This document shows, in pieces, positions 46,898 to 57,400 of a stretch of DNA of 64,000 nucleotides. Location: assembly GCA_963681965.1 (NCBI GenBank), contig OY820579.1, forward strand, positions 4,128,001 to 4,192,000, read 5' to 3'. The first letter of the stretch is position 1, and each line of letters begins with the position of its first letter. This DNA comes from a bacterium (GTDB lineage: Bacteria; Electryoneota; JAOADG01). The notes below the pieces were generated by a model. It made no database searches and was not told the DNA's origin. It worked only from the letters and a program-made list of their open reading frames with translations. Both the position numbers and the translations under genes were made by a program.

Positions 46898-48456
46898 TTG
46901 CCTTTTTTCGGGGTTAAGGTCACCACCGGTAAAATCAATTCTTCCAGCGAAATTCCGCCGTGCTGGAAACTTTCGCGATACTGCGTGGCATACTGATTGC
47001 TATTCGTCGGATAAACGAAGAAATAGTCTTCCCGCGCGATCAAATAAGTCGTATTGACACCGCGCTTCGGCAAATGCCAGTGATCGGGATGATCGATATA
47101 GAGCGCATGTTTCCGGTCGCATTTCAAATTTCTGCCGTATTTGTAACGCAATCCCGATGACGCTTCGCGATCCGCCAGCACCCGCGCCGGATGCTTCCCT
47201 CGGGTACTTCCGTGATCGGTCGTCAATACGACAATCATTCCCGCTTTGGCAAAGGCTTCAAGCATCGTCGGCAGCGTACTGTGGCGATACCAGTTGCGCA
47301 CTACATCGCGGTAGGCTGCTTCGTTCGGTACGAGATCCCGCATCACCGCTACGGCACTGCGCGAATGTGCGATTTGATCGACGAAATTGAACACCAATGC
47401 CGTCATCTGCGACGAGGTGTAATGACTGATTCGTCGATCGAGCAATGCCCCTTCATCGGGACTGTTCGCCTTCGCATAGCGAATCTCGCCGGTCAATTTG
47501 ACGTCGTACGAATTCAGTTGGACTTCCAGAAACTCTTTTTCGAATCGGTTCGCCGACATATCGTCTTCATCGGCGAGTGTAAATAAATCGGGATAATGTT
47601 TCTCGATCTCGTCGGGAAATAGTCCGGTGAACAGCGAATTTCGAGCATACGGTGTTGCCGACGGGAGCACGCCGAAATAAGTCTGCCGGTCGATATCGAA
47701 TAGCGGTCGAATCAACGGTTCCAGCGCGAGCCACTGATCGAGTCGAAGACAATCGATCACAATAAATGCGACCGATTTATTTTTTTCCAGATGCGGCACG
47801 ACATATTCGGCGATAATATGTGGCGACATCAACACGCCGTTGTTGTCCCGCACCAAATCGCGATATTGCTTCTCTACTGTCTTGGCGAAATCGATGTTTG
47901 CCTGATTGCGCAGCTCCTGCAGCGTCAGTTGCAAGGCGTCGTCGGCGTGAAGTTCGTCGACCAATTCGATTTCCCATTTCGACAATTCGGTGTGAAATTC
48001 GCACCACTCGTCGATCGTCGATGACGACGAGATCAGCGATTGCAGCCGGTTGAATTCGGTCAGATAGACGCGTTGCGATTCGCTACGTGCCAGTTGACGC
48101 CCTTCCAGCACTCGTTTCAATACTGCCAGCACCTGACTGCCGCGGATCGGTTTGACGATAAAATCGGATAACTGATGCGAAAACGCTTCTTCGATCAACG
48201 CTTCATCTTCCGATTGTGTAATCATGATGATCGGAACATCCAACCGTGCCGCGCGCAGTTCCGGCAGCACTTCCAGACCCGATTTGCCGGTCATCATCTG
48301 ATCGAGCAAAACGGCATCGAACGGAAAGTCGCGCAGTCGGGAGACGCCGTCTTCCGGATTGGAAACCCCTTCGACCTCGTAGCCGCGTTCCTGTAGGAAC
48401 AGAATGTGCGGTCGCAGGTAATCAATTTCGTCGTCGATCCAAAGCAGTTTGAACAT
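46894..48456 (-). CDS. porX: PorX-like response regulator with PglZ (alkaline phosphatase-fold) domain
   Basis: REC domain (WIDDE, LLDQMM, KP); IDCLR.DQW, LPSATPYARN, NFVD..AH, TTDHG, RYKYGRNL, FQHGGIS.EE. Adjacent to tsaE, as in Bacteroidetes. Confidence 0.88.
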   Translation of the reverse strand: MFKLLWIDDEIDYLRPHILFLQERGYEVEGVSNPEDGVSRLRDFPFDAVLLDQMMTGKSGLEVLPELRAARLDVPIIMITQSEDEALIEEAFSHQLSDFIVKPIRGSQVLAVLKRVLEGRQLARSESQRVYLTEFNRLQSLISSSSTIDEWCEFHTELSKWEIELVDELHADDALQLTLQELRNQANIDFAKTVEKQYRDLVRDNNGVLMSPHIIAEYVVPHLEKNKSVAFIVIDCLRLDQWLALEPLIRPLFDIDRQTYFGVLPSATPYARNSLFTGLFPDEIEKHYPDLFTLADEDDMSANRFEKEFLEVQLNSYDVKLTGEIRYAKANSPDEGALLDRRISHYTSSQMTALVFNFVDQIAHSRSAVAVMRDLVPNEAAYRDVVRNWYRHSTLPTMLEAFAKAGMIVVLTTDHGSTRGKHPARVLADREASSGLRYKYGRNLKCDRKHALYIDHPDHWHLPKRGVNTTYLIAREDYFFVYPTNSNQYATQYRESFQHGGISLEELILPVVTLTPKKGK

Positions 48457-48460
48457 GGCG

Positions 48461-49276
48461 TTACTCCCGATTCATTTTCATTGCCGCTCGCAGCAAGTCG
48501 GCATACGCTTTGTAAAACGCTTGCAGCTCGGGATACGGTTCCAATTTCTTCATTGCTTCCGACACCATCTTCCGGTCGTTTCGCGCAACCGGACCAGTCG
48601 CCGCATTCGCAGCGCCCAGTTCCAGTGCGTTCTGGGTCGAACGCATAACCATTTCACTTACCACCCGGGTAATTAATTCCGGAGGAAGTGAGGTGGAACG
48701 AGACAATTGTTCGATTGCGGCAACCATTGCGAACGGAAGATTCGACGCAAATTGACTGATCAAATGAACCAGCGGTTTTTCTTCCGGTTTAATCACGACC
48801 GAAAAACAGCCGGTACTCTTCGAAAATTCATGTGCCCAATTACAGGCACCTTCAGTGCCAGCCAGTGCGAAAACCACGCCGATCAATTCATCGATACTCT
48901 GCCCGAGCAGCGACCGAAGTGGATGGACCGCCGCGTATTCACCGGACGCGCCCACCAATGGTTCGAGTGCATAGGGAAGATGCCAACCCGAAGTATGCAA
49001 CGCCATCTTGGGATGCAAACCAGCCTTCAACCAATCGGCAATAACTTGATCGAGATAATCGTCCGGAACGCAAAACCAGACACGATCCGGTGTACCGGAA
49101 AAGATCCCGGCTTCGATCGTGAATTGCGCATCGTCAATCAGTACTATACCCTGCGTTACATCGAAGAGGCGAATCTTCGATCCGTATTTTCGTTCGGCGA
49201 TGGCGATCAACCGACCGACCCGACCCGAACCGATAATCCACGCTTGCTCGCTGTCATTAAATTCACTGACAGTCAT
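48461..49276 (-). CDS. Rossmann-like plus DUF2520 oxidoreductase (PanG-like)
   Basis: IIGSGRVG, VPDD, HTSG, HPL.S, F.SN, TGPVARND. Confidence 0.85.
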   Translation of the reverse strand: MTVSEFNDSEQAWIIGSGRVGRLIAIAERKYGSKIRLFDVTQGIVLIDDAQFTIEAGIFSGTPDRVWFCVPDDYLDQVIADWLKAGLHPKMALHTSGWHLPYALEPLVGASGEYAAVHPLRSLLGQSIDELIGVVFALAGTEGACNWAHEFSKSTGCFSVVIKPEEKPLVHLISQFASNLPFAMVAAIEQLSRSTSLPPELITRVVSEMVMRSTQNALELGAANAATGPVARNDRKMVSEAMKKLEPYPELQAFYKAYADLLRAAMKMNRE

Positions 49277-50342
49277 ATTCACCTTTCACGAGGGAGATCG
49301 CAACCGGATCGGTACGATGAAACCGACCAATCACGGCAGCTAAATCGCCCGATGCGAGTAATTGCTTGATCAATGAGTCCTTTCGATCGGGATTGACCGC
49401 GAGCAGCAGACCGCCGGAGGTTTGAGGATCGAATAAGAGACTCAATAACGCTTCGTCTTGAATTTGGATTTGTAAATTCGATTCCGAATAAAGCCGATTG
49501 CGATGCAATCCGCCCGCTAAGTTCGAGCGATCCAGTGCCAATTCGTATGCGGTTGCAAGTAGTGGCACGCGATCGGTAAAAATCATCAGCGATAGTCCGG
49601 AATTTTTCGCAATCTCGAAAGCATGACCGATCAGCCCGAATCCGGTCACATCGGTTGCCGCACGAACGCCCGTCGCGCAAGCCGCATGAGCAGCCGAGGC
49701 ATTCAGTCGCACGAGTGAGGTATGCAGCGCTTCCAATCCTTCGGCTCTCAACTTGTCTTTTTTACACGCTGTTGCCAATACCCCTGTACCGATCGCCTTC
49801 GTTAAAATCAACCAATCGCCGTCACACGCGCCGCTCTTGGTCATCAAATGTTCCGGCTGCACGATACCGGTTACCGAAAATCCGAATTTCACTTCGCGAT
49901 CGCGCACGGTATGCCCACCGAGCAGCACGCAATTCGCTTCTTTCAGTTTGATTTGCGCACCGCGAACAATTTCTGCTAAAATTTCCGGTGGAATTTTTCC
50001 ATCCGGGAAACAGGCGACACTCAGTGCACTGAGCGGCGTACCACCCATCGCATAGACATCGGATAACGAATTTGCTGCGGCAGCCATACCGAAAATAACC
50101 GGATCGTCGACGATCGGTGTAAAAAAATCCACGGTTTGAACGAGTAGGTCGCCACCGGGCGTGCGAATCACGCCGGCATCGTCTAATGCCGAAAGCCCGA
50201 CCAAGACACGGGGATCTTCGATCGTCTCGATATGCTGCAAAATTAGACCCAGCTCCGCCGGACCAATTTTAGCCGCTCAACCGGCACAATCGGAAAACCC
50301 GGTCAGCCGGATTTTATCCACTTTCTCAGGATCATCGTTCAA
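49263..50342 (-). CDS. selD: Selenide, water dikinase SelD; selenoprotein with in-frame UGA at 50277-50279
   Basis: DDAGV, QTVDFFTP, AANSLSDVYAMGG, GGHT, TDVTGFGL.GH, DPQTSGGLL. The frame extends upstream through TGA as IRLTGFSDCAG-U-AAKIGP. Start TTG 50342 or GTG 50321. Confidence 0.93.
50234..50273 (-). promoter_or_regulatory. Putative bacterial SECIS hairpin
   Basis: Just 3' of the UGA: AAAAUUGG-UCCGGC-GGA-GCUGGG-U-CUAAUUUU, a stem with a bulged U and a G-containing apical loop. Confidence 0.7.
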
Positions 50343-50537
50343 TGGGAACTCTCTTATAATCAACTACGTACAATACTAATTGGGCGATAAATGTACCGCG
50401 AATCCGATACGGGACTGCTCCCGCGGAACGTCTAACCCAGAAAGATAACCGTTTGACGGCGGTTCTGAAAGCGTTTTAACCGAGTTGCTCGAACGCATCA
50501 ACGATCTTACCTTATTCGAAATCTGATTGGAGGAAAA

Positions 50538-52313
50538 GTGAAAACACTTTGGCGGCTCACTGGCATCACGCTTCTATTGTATTTGCGTACATTAACGTCA
50601 GGTTTACCACCCATCGACGTGGGCGAATTCATCGGTTGCGCCAAGACATTCGGCATCCCGCATCCGACCGGATATCCGATTTATTTGCTGGTTGCACGTC
50701 TGTTCGCGATGCTTCCGATCGATACGATTAAAGCACTTTCGATCCTTTCGGCGTTGGCGGCAACTGCGAGCTTCTTCTTTCTGGCGTGGGCAGCGAAAGA
50801 CGAGTCGAAAGACCGTGATGGTTGGTGGTTGGTGCTACTGTATCCGATCACGGCACTAGTCTGGAATAGCGCGATTCGTCCCGAAGTATATGCCTTCAAT
50901 CTATTTTTTCTAGCCGGTGCGCTCTGGTCGGGGTTCCGGGTCTGGAACGGAAATCGACGCGCCGCGATTCATTTCGGTCTCTTCAGCGGGCTGGCTGCCG
51001 TCACGCACCTTTCCTCCGGCTATCTCCTGCTCCCACTCTGGCTGGGATTGTTGCTCAAAACCGATAGTCGCCGACAATTGTTGAGTCCGATTCCCATTTT
51101 TGCGGCACTGATTCCGATCACTTCTCATCTGATATTACCGCTCCGGCAATTGACCGGACACCCGCCGTATACGTGGGGCGATTTCACTTCGATCGATGGC
51201 TGGTGGCGCCACGTTTCCGGCTGGCAGTATCGTGTCTGGCTCTTCGAATCGAGTCAGGTATGGCAAGATAATTTGATCGATTTCCTCAAGACGTGGGCGC
51301 CGCGCATGGGCATTTTGGCGCTAGCCGGACTCTATTTCCTGTTCCGCGACGATTGGCGGCGGGGCTTCTGGATCCTCAGTATGTTGGTGTTTCCGGTCAT
51401 CATGATTTCCGGATATCGCATTCCCGATCTTGACACTTATTATCTTCCGGTATATTTAATTTCGATTTGGCTCGGTTGCTATGCGGCGAACAAATTGCCA
51501 CTGGAGCGGATCAAGCAGTGGTGGCTGGCACCTGCCGTGTTGGGTGTGGCGGTGCTGTTGCTGGGGTGGTGGCAGTATCCCGCCGATACCCGCGCTGAGG
51601 ATCGCCGGCAGATGACGTACGCAAATGCCCTGCTGGCGCAGCTTCCCGCGCCGTGCGTGTTGTTCAGTTCCGATTGGGAAATTGTGGTCGGACCATTGCA
51701 GGGACTCATTGCACAGGGGTATCGCAGCGATGTCGCGGTGATCGATATTGAATTGATGCGACGTTCGTGGTACATCGAAAGTTTGATGAAACGATATCCA
51801 CATTTTTGTCGTGGCAGTCTGAATGAATTGAATGATTTGATTCCGGCGTTGCGAAAATTCGAACGCAAGGAAGAGATTTCGTCGGAGACGCTCGAGCAAC
51901 TTTACCGCCGTGCGATTTGGTCGTTGATGGTGAACAATATCGCCGGTTCTGCCGTCTGTTTCACGTACGATGTGCAGCCACCGGCTCGCGGTTTGAACGG
52001 GATTCCGTTGTTTACCGTGCCGCTGCTGCTGTTTTCACGGGTACAGACTTCGAATGTGAATTACGTCGCCGAAATCGAAGGGCTGAAGATCGATGCCTTG
52101 TATGAGAATCCGGCGGGTACCCGGATCGATTATCGTATTCGTGAGAAGGTCGCGACCAGTCTGCTCCAGCGCGCAATTTTCCTGTTCAAACAGGGGTATC
52201 GATCCGAGGCATTCGAGGTCGTGAAGTATGCGAAGAATGTCAAACCGGAAGAGGGGAGTCAGTTCTGGACGATGGTCAATCTCCTCGAACGCGAAGAGGG
52301 TCGCAAATATTAA
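50538..52313 (+). CDS. DUF2723/TMEM260-like polytopic glycosyltransferase (GT-C)
   Basis: D.GEF......GIPHPTGYP.Y, EVY, H..., WG motifs; many TM segments. GGAGG RBS before GTG 50538. Confidence 0.85.
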   Translation: MKTLWRLTGITLLLYLRTLTSGLPPIDVGEFIGCAKTFGIPHPTGYPIYLLVARLFAMLPIDTIKALSILSALAATASFFFLAWAAKDESKDRDGWWLVLLYPITALVWNSAIRPEVYAFNLFFLAGALWSGFRVWNGNRRAAIHFGLFSGLAAVTHLSSGYLLLPLWLGLLLKTDSRRQLLSPIPIFAALIPITSHLILPLRQLTGHPPYTWGDFTSIDGWWRHVSGWQYRVWLFESSQVWQDNLIDFLKTWAPRMGILALAGLYFLFRDDWRRGFWILSMLVFPVIMISGYRIPDLDTYYLPVYLISIWLGCYAANKLPLERIKQWWLAPAVLGVAVLLLGWWQYPADTRAEDRRQMTYANALLAQLPAPCVLFSSDWEIVVGPLQGLIAQGYRSDVAVIDIELMRRSWYIESLMKRYPHFCRGSLNELNDLIPALRKFERKEEISSETLEQLYRRAIWSLMVNNIAGSAVCFTYDVQPPARGLNGIPLFTVPLLLFSRVQTSNVNYVAEIEGLKIDALYENPAGTRIDYRIREKVATSLLQRAIFLFKQGYRSEAFEVVKYAKNVKPEEGSQFWTMVNLLEREEGRKY

Positions 52314-52319
52314 TTTTCA

Positions 52320-53247
52320 GTAGGTGCGGGCTCCCATGCCCGCCCGTATGTTTTATTTCCAGTAGGGGAGACCCTCCGCGGTCTCCCGTTCTTGTTACAT
52401 TTTTATCTTGTATCCTGCAGTACTGCCGATCTCCGAATCGGCTCTTGTATCTTTTCTTCTTTTCCCAATCCCTATCTCCCAAGACCTATCTTTTCAGTAG
52501 GGGCGGATCCCCGCATCCGCCCGTTTTTTTTCTTGTATCCTGTAGTACTGCCGATCTCCGAATCGGCTCTTGTATCTTTTCTTCTTTTCCCACCACCCAT
52601 TTTTTTAGTAGGGGCGGGCTCCCACGCCCGCCCGCATTTTTTTTTAATTTTGTCGTTGCGAATGCGCCGTTCGGCGCATGTGGCAACCCACTCTGTTCAT
52701 CGGTTGATCCTTCTTCTTTAGTATCTGCAATTGATTTTCGATTTGAGCAAAAAAAAAACAAATTTTAATAAATAGGAAACGCAGTCTAAAGCCTGCGGCT
52801 ACAAAGAAAACAGATACGGAAACAGAAAGCGGACTAATGGTTTTAACTAAATAGATAAACTTCGCTGAAGCGTTGGACTTTAGTTCATTCTCTGTTTCAT
52901 TTTTCAAGAATTGCAGATGGAAGACCGAAGCGACAAATCAGTGTGTCATGGTAGGGGCGGTTCGCGAACCGCCCGTAACAGTTGAATTGGCAGAATACGA
53001 AAATTAAAATATTGAATTAAAAGATGCGGGCGTTTTACCTTCACTGAGCGCTTCGCGGTTGCCATTAGCCCTACTGGGGCTTATGCACCAGACACGGGCG
53101 GTTCGCGAACCGCCCCTACCAAAGATGTATAGATAAAGAATGAACAGCCATAAGTCCGCTACCAAAAAAGATACAAGAAGAGTCGGAATAAATTCCGCGC
53201 CACATGAAAACAATTACTGATACAAACGGTGGTCAGAACAAGTTCTA
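52320..53247. repeat. Large mixed REP-like array with a 62-bp direct duplication and an inverted pair
   Basis: Plus-strand feet at 52320, 52362, 52417, 52497, 52542, 52608 and 52951. Minus-strand units at 52780-52802, 53096-53119, 53182-53203 and 53228-53247. Confidence 0.9.
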
Positions 53248-54369
53248 CGGATTACATGTCGAATACACGATAGGATCGATCCGCAATAGCTCCTTCGGAT
53301 TGTAGCCGTGCGGCAGAGCAATCCCAAATTGTTTCGCATTCTTCAACTCGAAGCGCGCCTCGACTTCGGTCTTCACACCATTGTCAGAAATCTGGTAAGC
53401 TCCGGGCAACGCCGTCCGCAGATCGCCCAGCGAAGTCGGCAGCGAAAGCTCTTTCCCGGTCGAAATGGATTGCGGCGAAATTTCCTGATCCGGTTTCGTC
53501 GCTTCCATCGCCCCTTCCAAACCATCGACATTAATTAGAATCTGTTTCGGATCGGCACCCGGTTGCACCACGAAATCGAATTTCAACGAACCATTTTGCT
53601 CATGCCACTCGACATCGATCCCGGGCCAGACATTGCGATACGTCAAACCAGTGTAATTACGACAATGCGGTGCCCACTTCGTGGAATCCTTACCGATAAA
53701 ATAGTTATTCTTCCATGATAATTTGCCGCTCGTTACAACCGCTTCCGGTGTGGTATACTTCGACCGATCCACCACCGTGTCATACGGATCCTGCGCGAGA
53801 TGCTTTCGGTACCAGTCAACCAGTTGCTGCCGCTCGATCTGTGCCGGCGACATATCTTTGAAGCTATCCGGTTCGACGAATTGCAGATCGGAATCGATGG
53901 AAAATGTTATCGCTGAATTGCTGGTATCATTCAAGTTCGGAGGTCGGACACTCTTGTCCGACTCCATTAAAATTTTAGAAGTCGATTTTTCGGCAGCAAG
54001 TTGTTGCGCACTCTTCACGAATTTGAATTTGAGGACGTGCCCTTTCATCGGATAGCGCGGCGGGAATCGCCCCGCCATGCCGCCACGTGCCATCGGGTCT
54101 TCGATCGGTGGCTTGGTGGTGTCGCGAGTCATCGTCACCATCGTGATCCCTTCGCGTTCGAGGAACCATGTCATACCGTTGTGACCGATGCATTTGAACA
54201 GGACATGTGGATCCCACTGCCCTTTGTTCTCGGTAAAATTGAACCACTTCGGCGGTTCCTTCACCTTAGTAGGAATCGGTGCAGGTGATGTTTTATTTTG
54301 CGCCGAAGTGATAGTTGCCAGTATGAACAATATCGCTAGTGCGATCCCGATATGCACATTCTTTCGCAT
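53245..54369 (-). pseudogene. Probably truncated secreted SBBP-repeat-family gene (N-terminal domain only)
   Basis: Signal peptide, FTENKGQW, NYFIG.D..KW, Y.NVWPGID, KFDF.V.PGADP..I, ending LRIDPIVYSTCNP*. In this family IDP..YST normally continues YLGG into propeller repeats. Confidence 0.6.
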
Positions 54370-54482
54370 GTATAGTTTCCCTGAATTCAACTCGCCGCAT
54401 CTGCTCATAATAATCACATTCTCGTAATTTGTAGCCGGAAGTTTCAGCCTGCGTTTTATATTTCTCTTTCTCTGCAGGTGCA

Positions 54483-57400
54483 CTATGCACGATCGCCAAT
54501 TTCAATCGCACACCCGAGCACAAGTGACCAAATCACACCGCGTGCCAGTAAACCTGTGGCATTGCGTACCGCTTGGCAATAAAGTTGCAACTGCGCACTG
54601 TATCGCTCGACCAGAATTTGCGGATCGGTTACCGCATCGCTCTTGAAATCGATTACTATCCACTCTCTGCCGATCTGCGCCAGCAAATCGATTCGACCAC
54701 TCACCAGCGCCTCGCCGGAATGATAGAGCAGCGGATACTCGACTTGAAAATCACTGATGTACACTTGTTGCGCAAGTTCCGAATCGAGCCACTGGTGTGT
54801 CATCTGCCCGATACGCGTCGACCACTCCTGCCGTATCGTCGAAGTTAATTGCTCAGCGTCAAGCAACGTCAATTGCCGAGCAACGATTTGCGCGATTTGC
54901 TCATCGGTGGAAGAACGATCCACTCGCGCCAATACTTCGTGAATTGCAGTACCAAATATTCTGCCTAAATCGGTTTCTTCACCCGGTTGCAGACTTTGGG
55001 TGAATGTCGCTTCGTCATGGGTCACTGCGGTTGCCGACATTAGTGACAACGGCTTACTGAAGCGCAATGGTTCCGGATAGCAAATCTCGGTATCCGGCAA
55101 TTCACTCGTCGTTAAAGCGCCTGCGGCTGGAAGTGTGCGCCAGTCAATGCATTCGGATGTCTCAGCAGCGATGGCATTGCGGACAGCTTCGGAAAAATCG
55201 AGACTGCTACTCTTCTTTCGCGGCAAGAGTGGCAGAATTAACCGTTGCTTTGCGCGAGTACAAGCGACATAGAACAGCCGCTTTCGCTCCTCCTGCTCGC
55301 GTTCGCGATAACTGCTCAGCGCATCGCCGAATTGCAGCGTGCGGTACCACTCATTAAAATTGAGTTGCGTTTTTCCGGTCACGGGGTGATTCAGAATCAT
55401 CGGTGTCCGCTTCTCGCCCGGATCGCCCCAATACGGCGCACCGTGAACGAAAACCCACTCGAATTCCAATCCTTTTGCGCCATGCACCGTCATCATCCGC
55501 ACTGCCGACTCTTCCGGTATCGCCGGTGACGACAAGCGTTGCGCATCGTTCACTAACTGTCGCAACTGCTCCGACGCCGCCAGTAACGATGTTCCGACCG
55601 GCATTCGCCGCAAGAGCGTGAGCAATCCGTCGAGCTTCGCGCGCATCGCCGGACCACCATCGCGCCAACTCGCCAACACGATTCCAGTGCGATCGAATAA
55701 CTCCTGTGCAATCGATATTGGACTCCGTTCGAATGATTGCCGCGCCAACTCCGATAGCAGCGCGAGTGCATTCCGCAACAATGCCGGTGCCCCATCCGGC
55801 GCTGGTTCCAATTGCATCATCCGAACCGTGTCGTTTGCAAGATTGCTCGTTTCCAGCGACTTGCGCCACCACCACAGTTCCTTGTCGGGTACCGCGAACA
55901 ACGCACCGCGCAGTGCTCCCAGTAACGCGACTCCATCGCTCGGATCGGCAATTACCGCTAATGCATTGATCGCATCGCGAATTAAATCGTCATCGAAAAA
56001 TCCGCGATTCAATTGATTGATGAACGGAATTCGATAACTGCGAAACGCCTTTTCATACGTCGCCGCCGCACTGGATGTCGGCAACAGCAGCGCAATTTCC
56101 GACCAATTCACGGCACCTTTCGAATCGATTGGCAACGTACCCTTGTCGCGGCAGTGTGCCAGATACGCGGCAACCGCTTGTGCGGTGTTTCGCGTACCTT
56201 CGTCGGCGGAATACGACTCCTCGGCTGGTCCTTGTAGCAAGACAATTCCGGTTTTCGCCGTCGATTTATCGTCGTCGTTCGGAGCCACCATCACTGGCGG
56301 ATTCGCGTCAAAGATTTGGGCAAACAGTCGATTGAAAAAATCGATCAGCGTTTTCGTCGAACGGAAATTCGCCGACAGTTGCGAAATTGCCTCGACATTT
56401 TCCTGCTGTAAAGCGTCGTGCAATCGATCGCGAAATTGTGTGACATCGGCATTGCGAAACCCGTAGATCGATTGATTGCTGTCACCCACCACAAACAGCG
56501 TACGTTCGTTCGGAGTATGTTGCGCCGCGACGGCTTCCCACAGCGCCACTTGCCGTGGATCGCTGTCCTGTGCTTCGTCGAGATGAAGATGTTGAAACCG
56601 AATCGGAGCATGAGGAGTAGCATCTGGATTGGACAGAAATGCAATTGCCAATTCGATTAAATCGTCGAAGCGCGCCTCGCCGTTTGCCAGCAGCGCTGTT
56701 CGAAATCGCTCCGATAAATCCTGCAGCGGTCGTTCCCAGCGTCCCGCCTCCCGCGCCGCGAGCAGATTTCGCCACTGCAATGCCGCATCGATCCAACCTG
56801 CGATCAGCTCTCTAGCTCGAGTAAGTGTGTCGGGATCGATCCAACTACTTTTCGCACCAGTTTTCTTGAAGCTGCGAACCGCGCCGGTTCCAGTGAGCGC
56901 AAAGGTACTTAACCACTCCTGAATGTCGACCAGATACTCGGTGGAATTCTCGGTTGCCGATAGCTGCAATGTCGTCCATCCATCGAGTCCAAGTTGCATT
57001 CGTTGCGCTAGTTTGTCACGCACATCGCTGCACTGACGCAGGCAATTTCGAATGGACGATACAAGCTGCTCGACAGATTCAAACGATTGTTGAATTTCAC
57101 AGTCCGTCGGGGGAGCATCGAATTCAATACAGTTCAATTCAACCGCATGATCGGCAATACTGTTGCATAAATTCCGTGTGATCGCATCGACGGATATCGC
57201 ATCGACATGCAGCGTAGTAACGTCTTCGCGATGTCGCCACTCGTTCACGACCGCTGCCAACCGGCGTGACAATTCCAGATCATCGATTACTTGCAATTCC
57301 GGATCGATACTTGCCGTGAGCGGTGCTTGTTTGATCAGATGCAACGCGAAAGAGTGAATTGTACCGACAAACATCCGTCGTACCGACCGAATCTGTTCCG

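Noticed and set aside
46894-48456. PglZ domain as part of a BREX defence system
   Set aside because: It is fused to a REC domain next to tsaE (PorX architecture); no brxC, pglX or brxL genes.
49263-50240. selD as a 325-aa protein or a pseudogene
   Set aside because: The upstream in-frame sequence restores the catalytic motif across a UGA with a SECIS-like hairpin; recoding is more parsimonious.
52392-53213. Several small hydrophobic ORFs (toxin-like peptides) or integron attC cassettes
   Set aside because: They are translations of REP hairpins and T-rich linkers. No RBS, no attC RYYYAAC/GTTRRRY architecture, no integrase.
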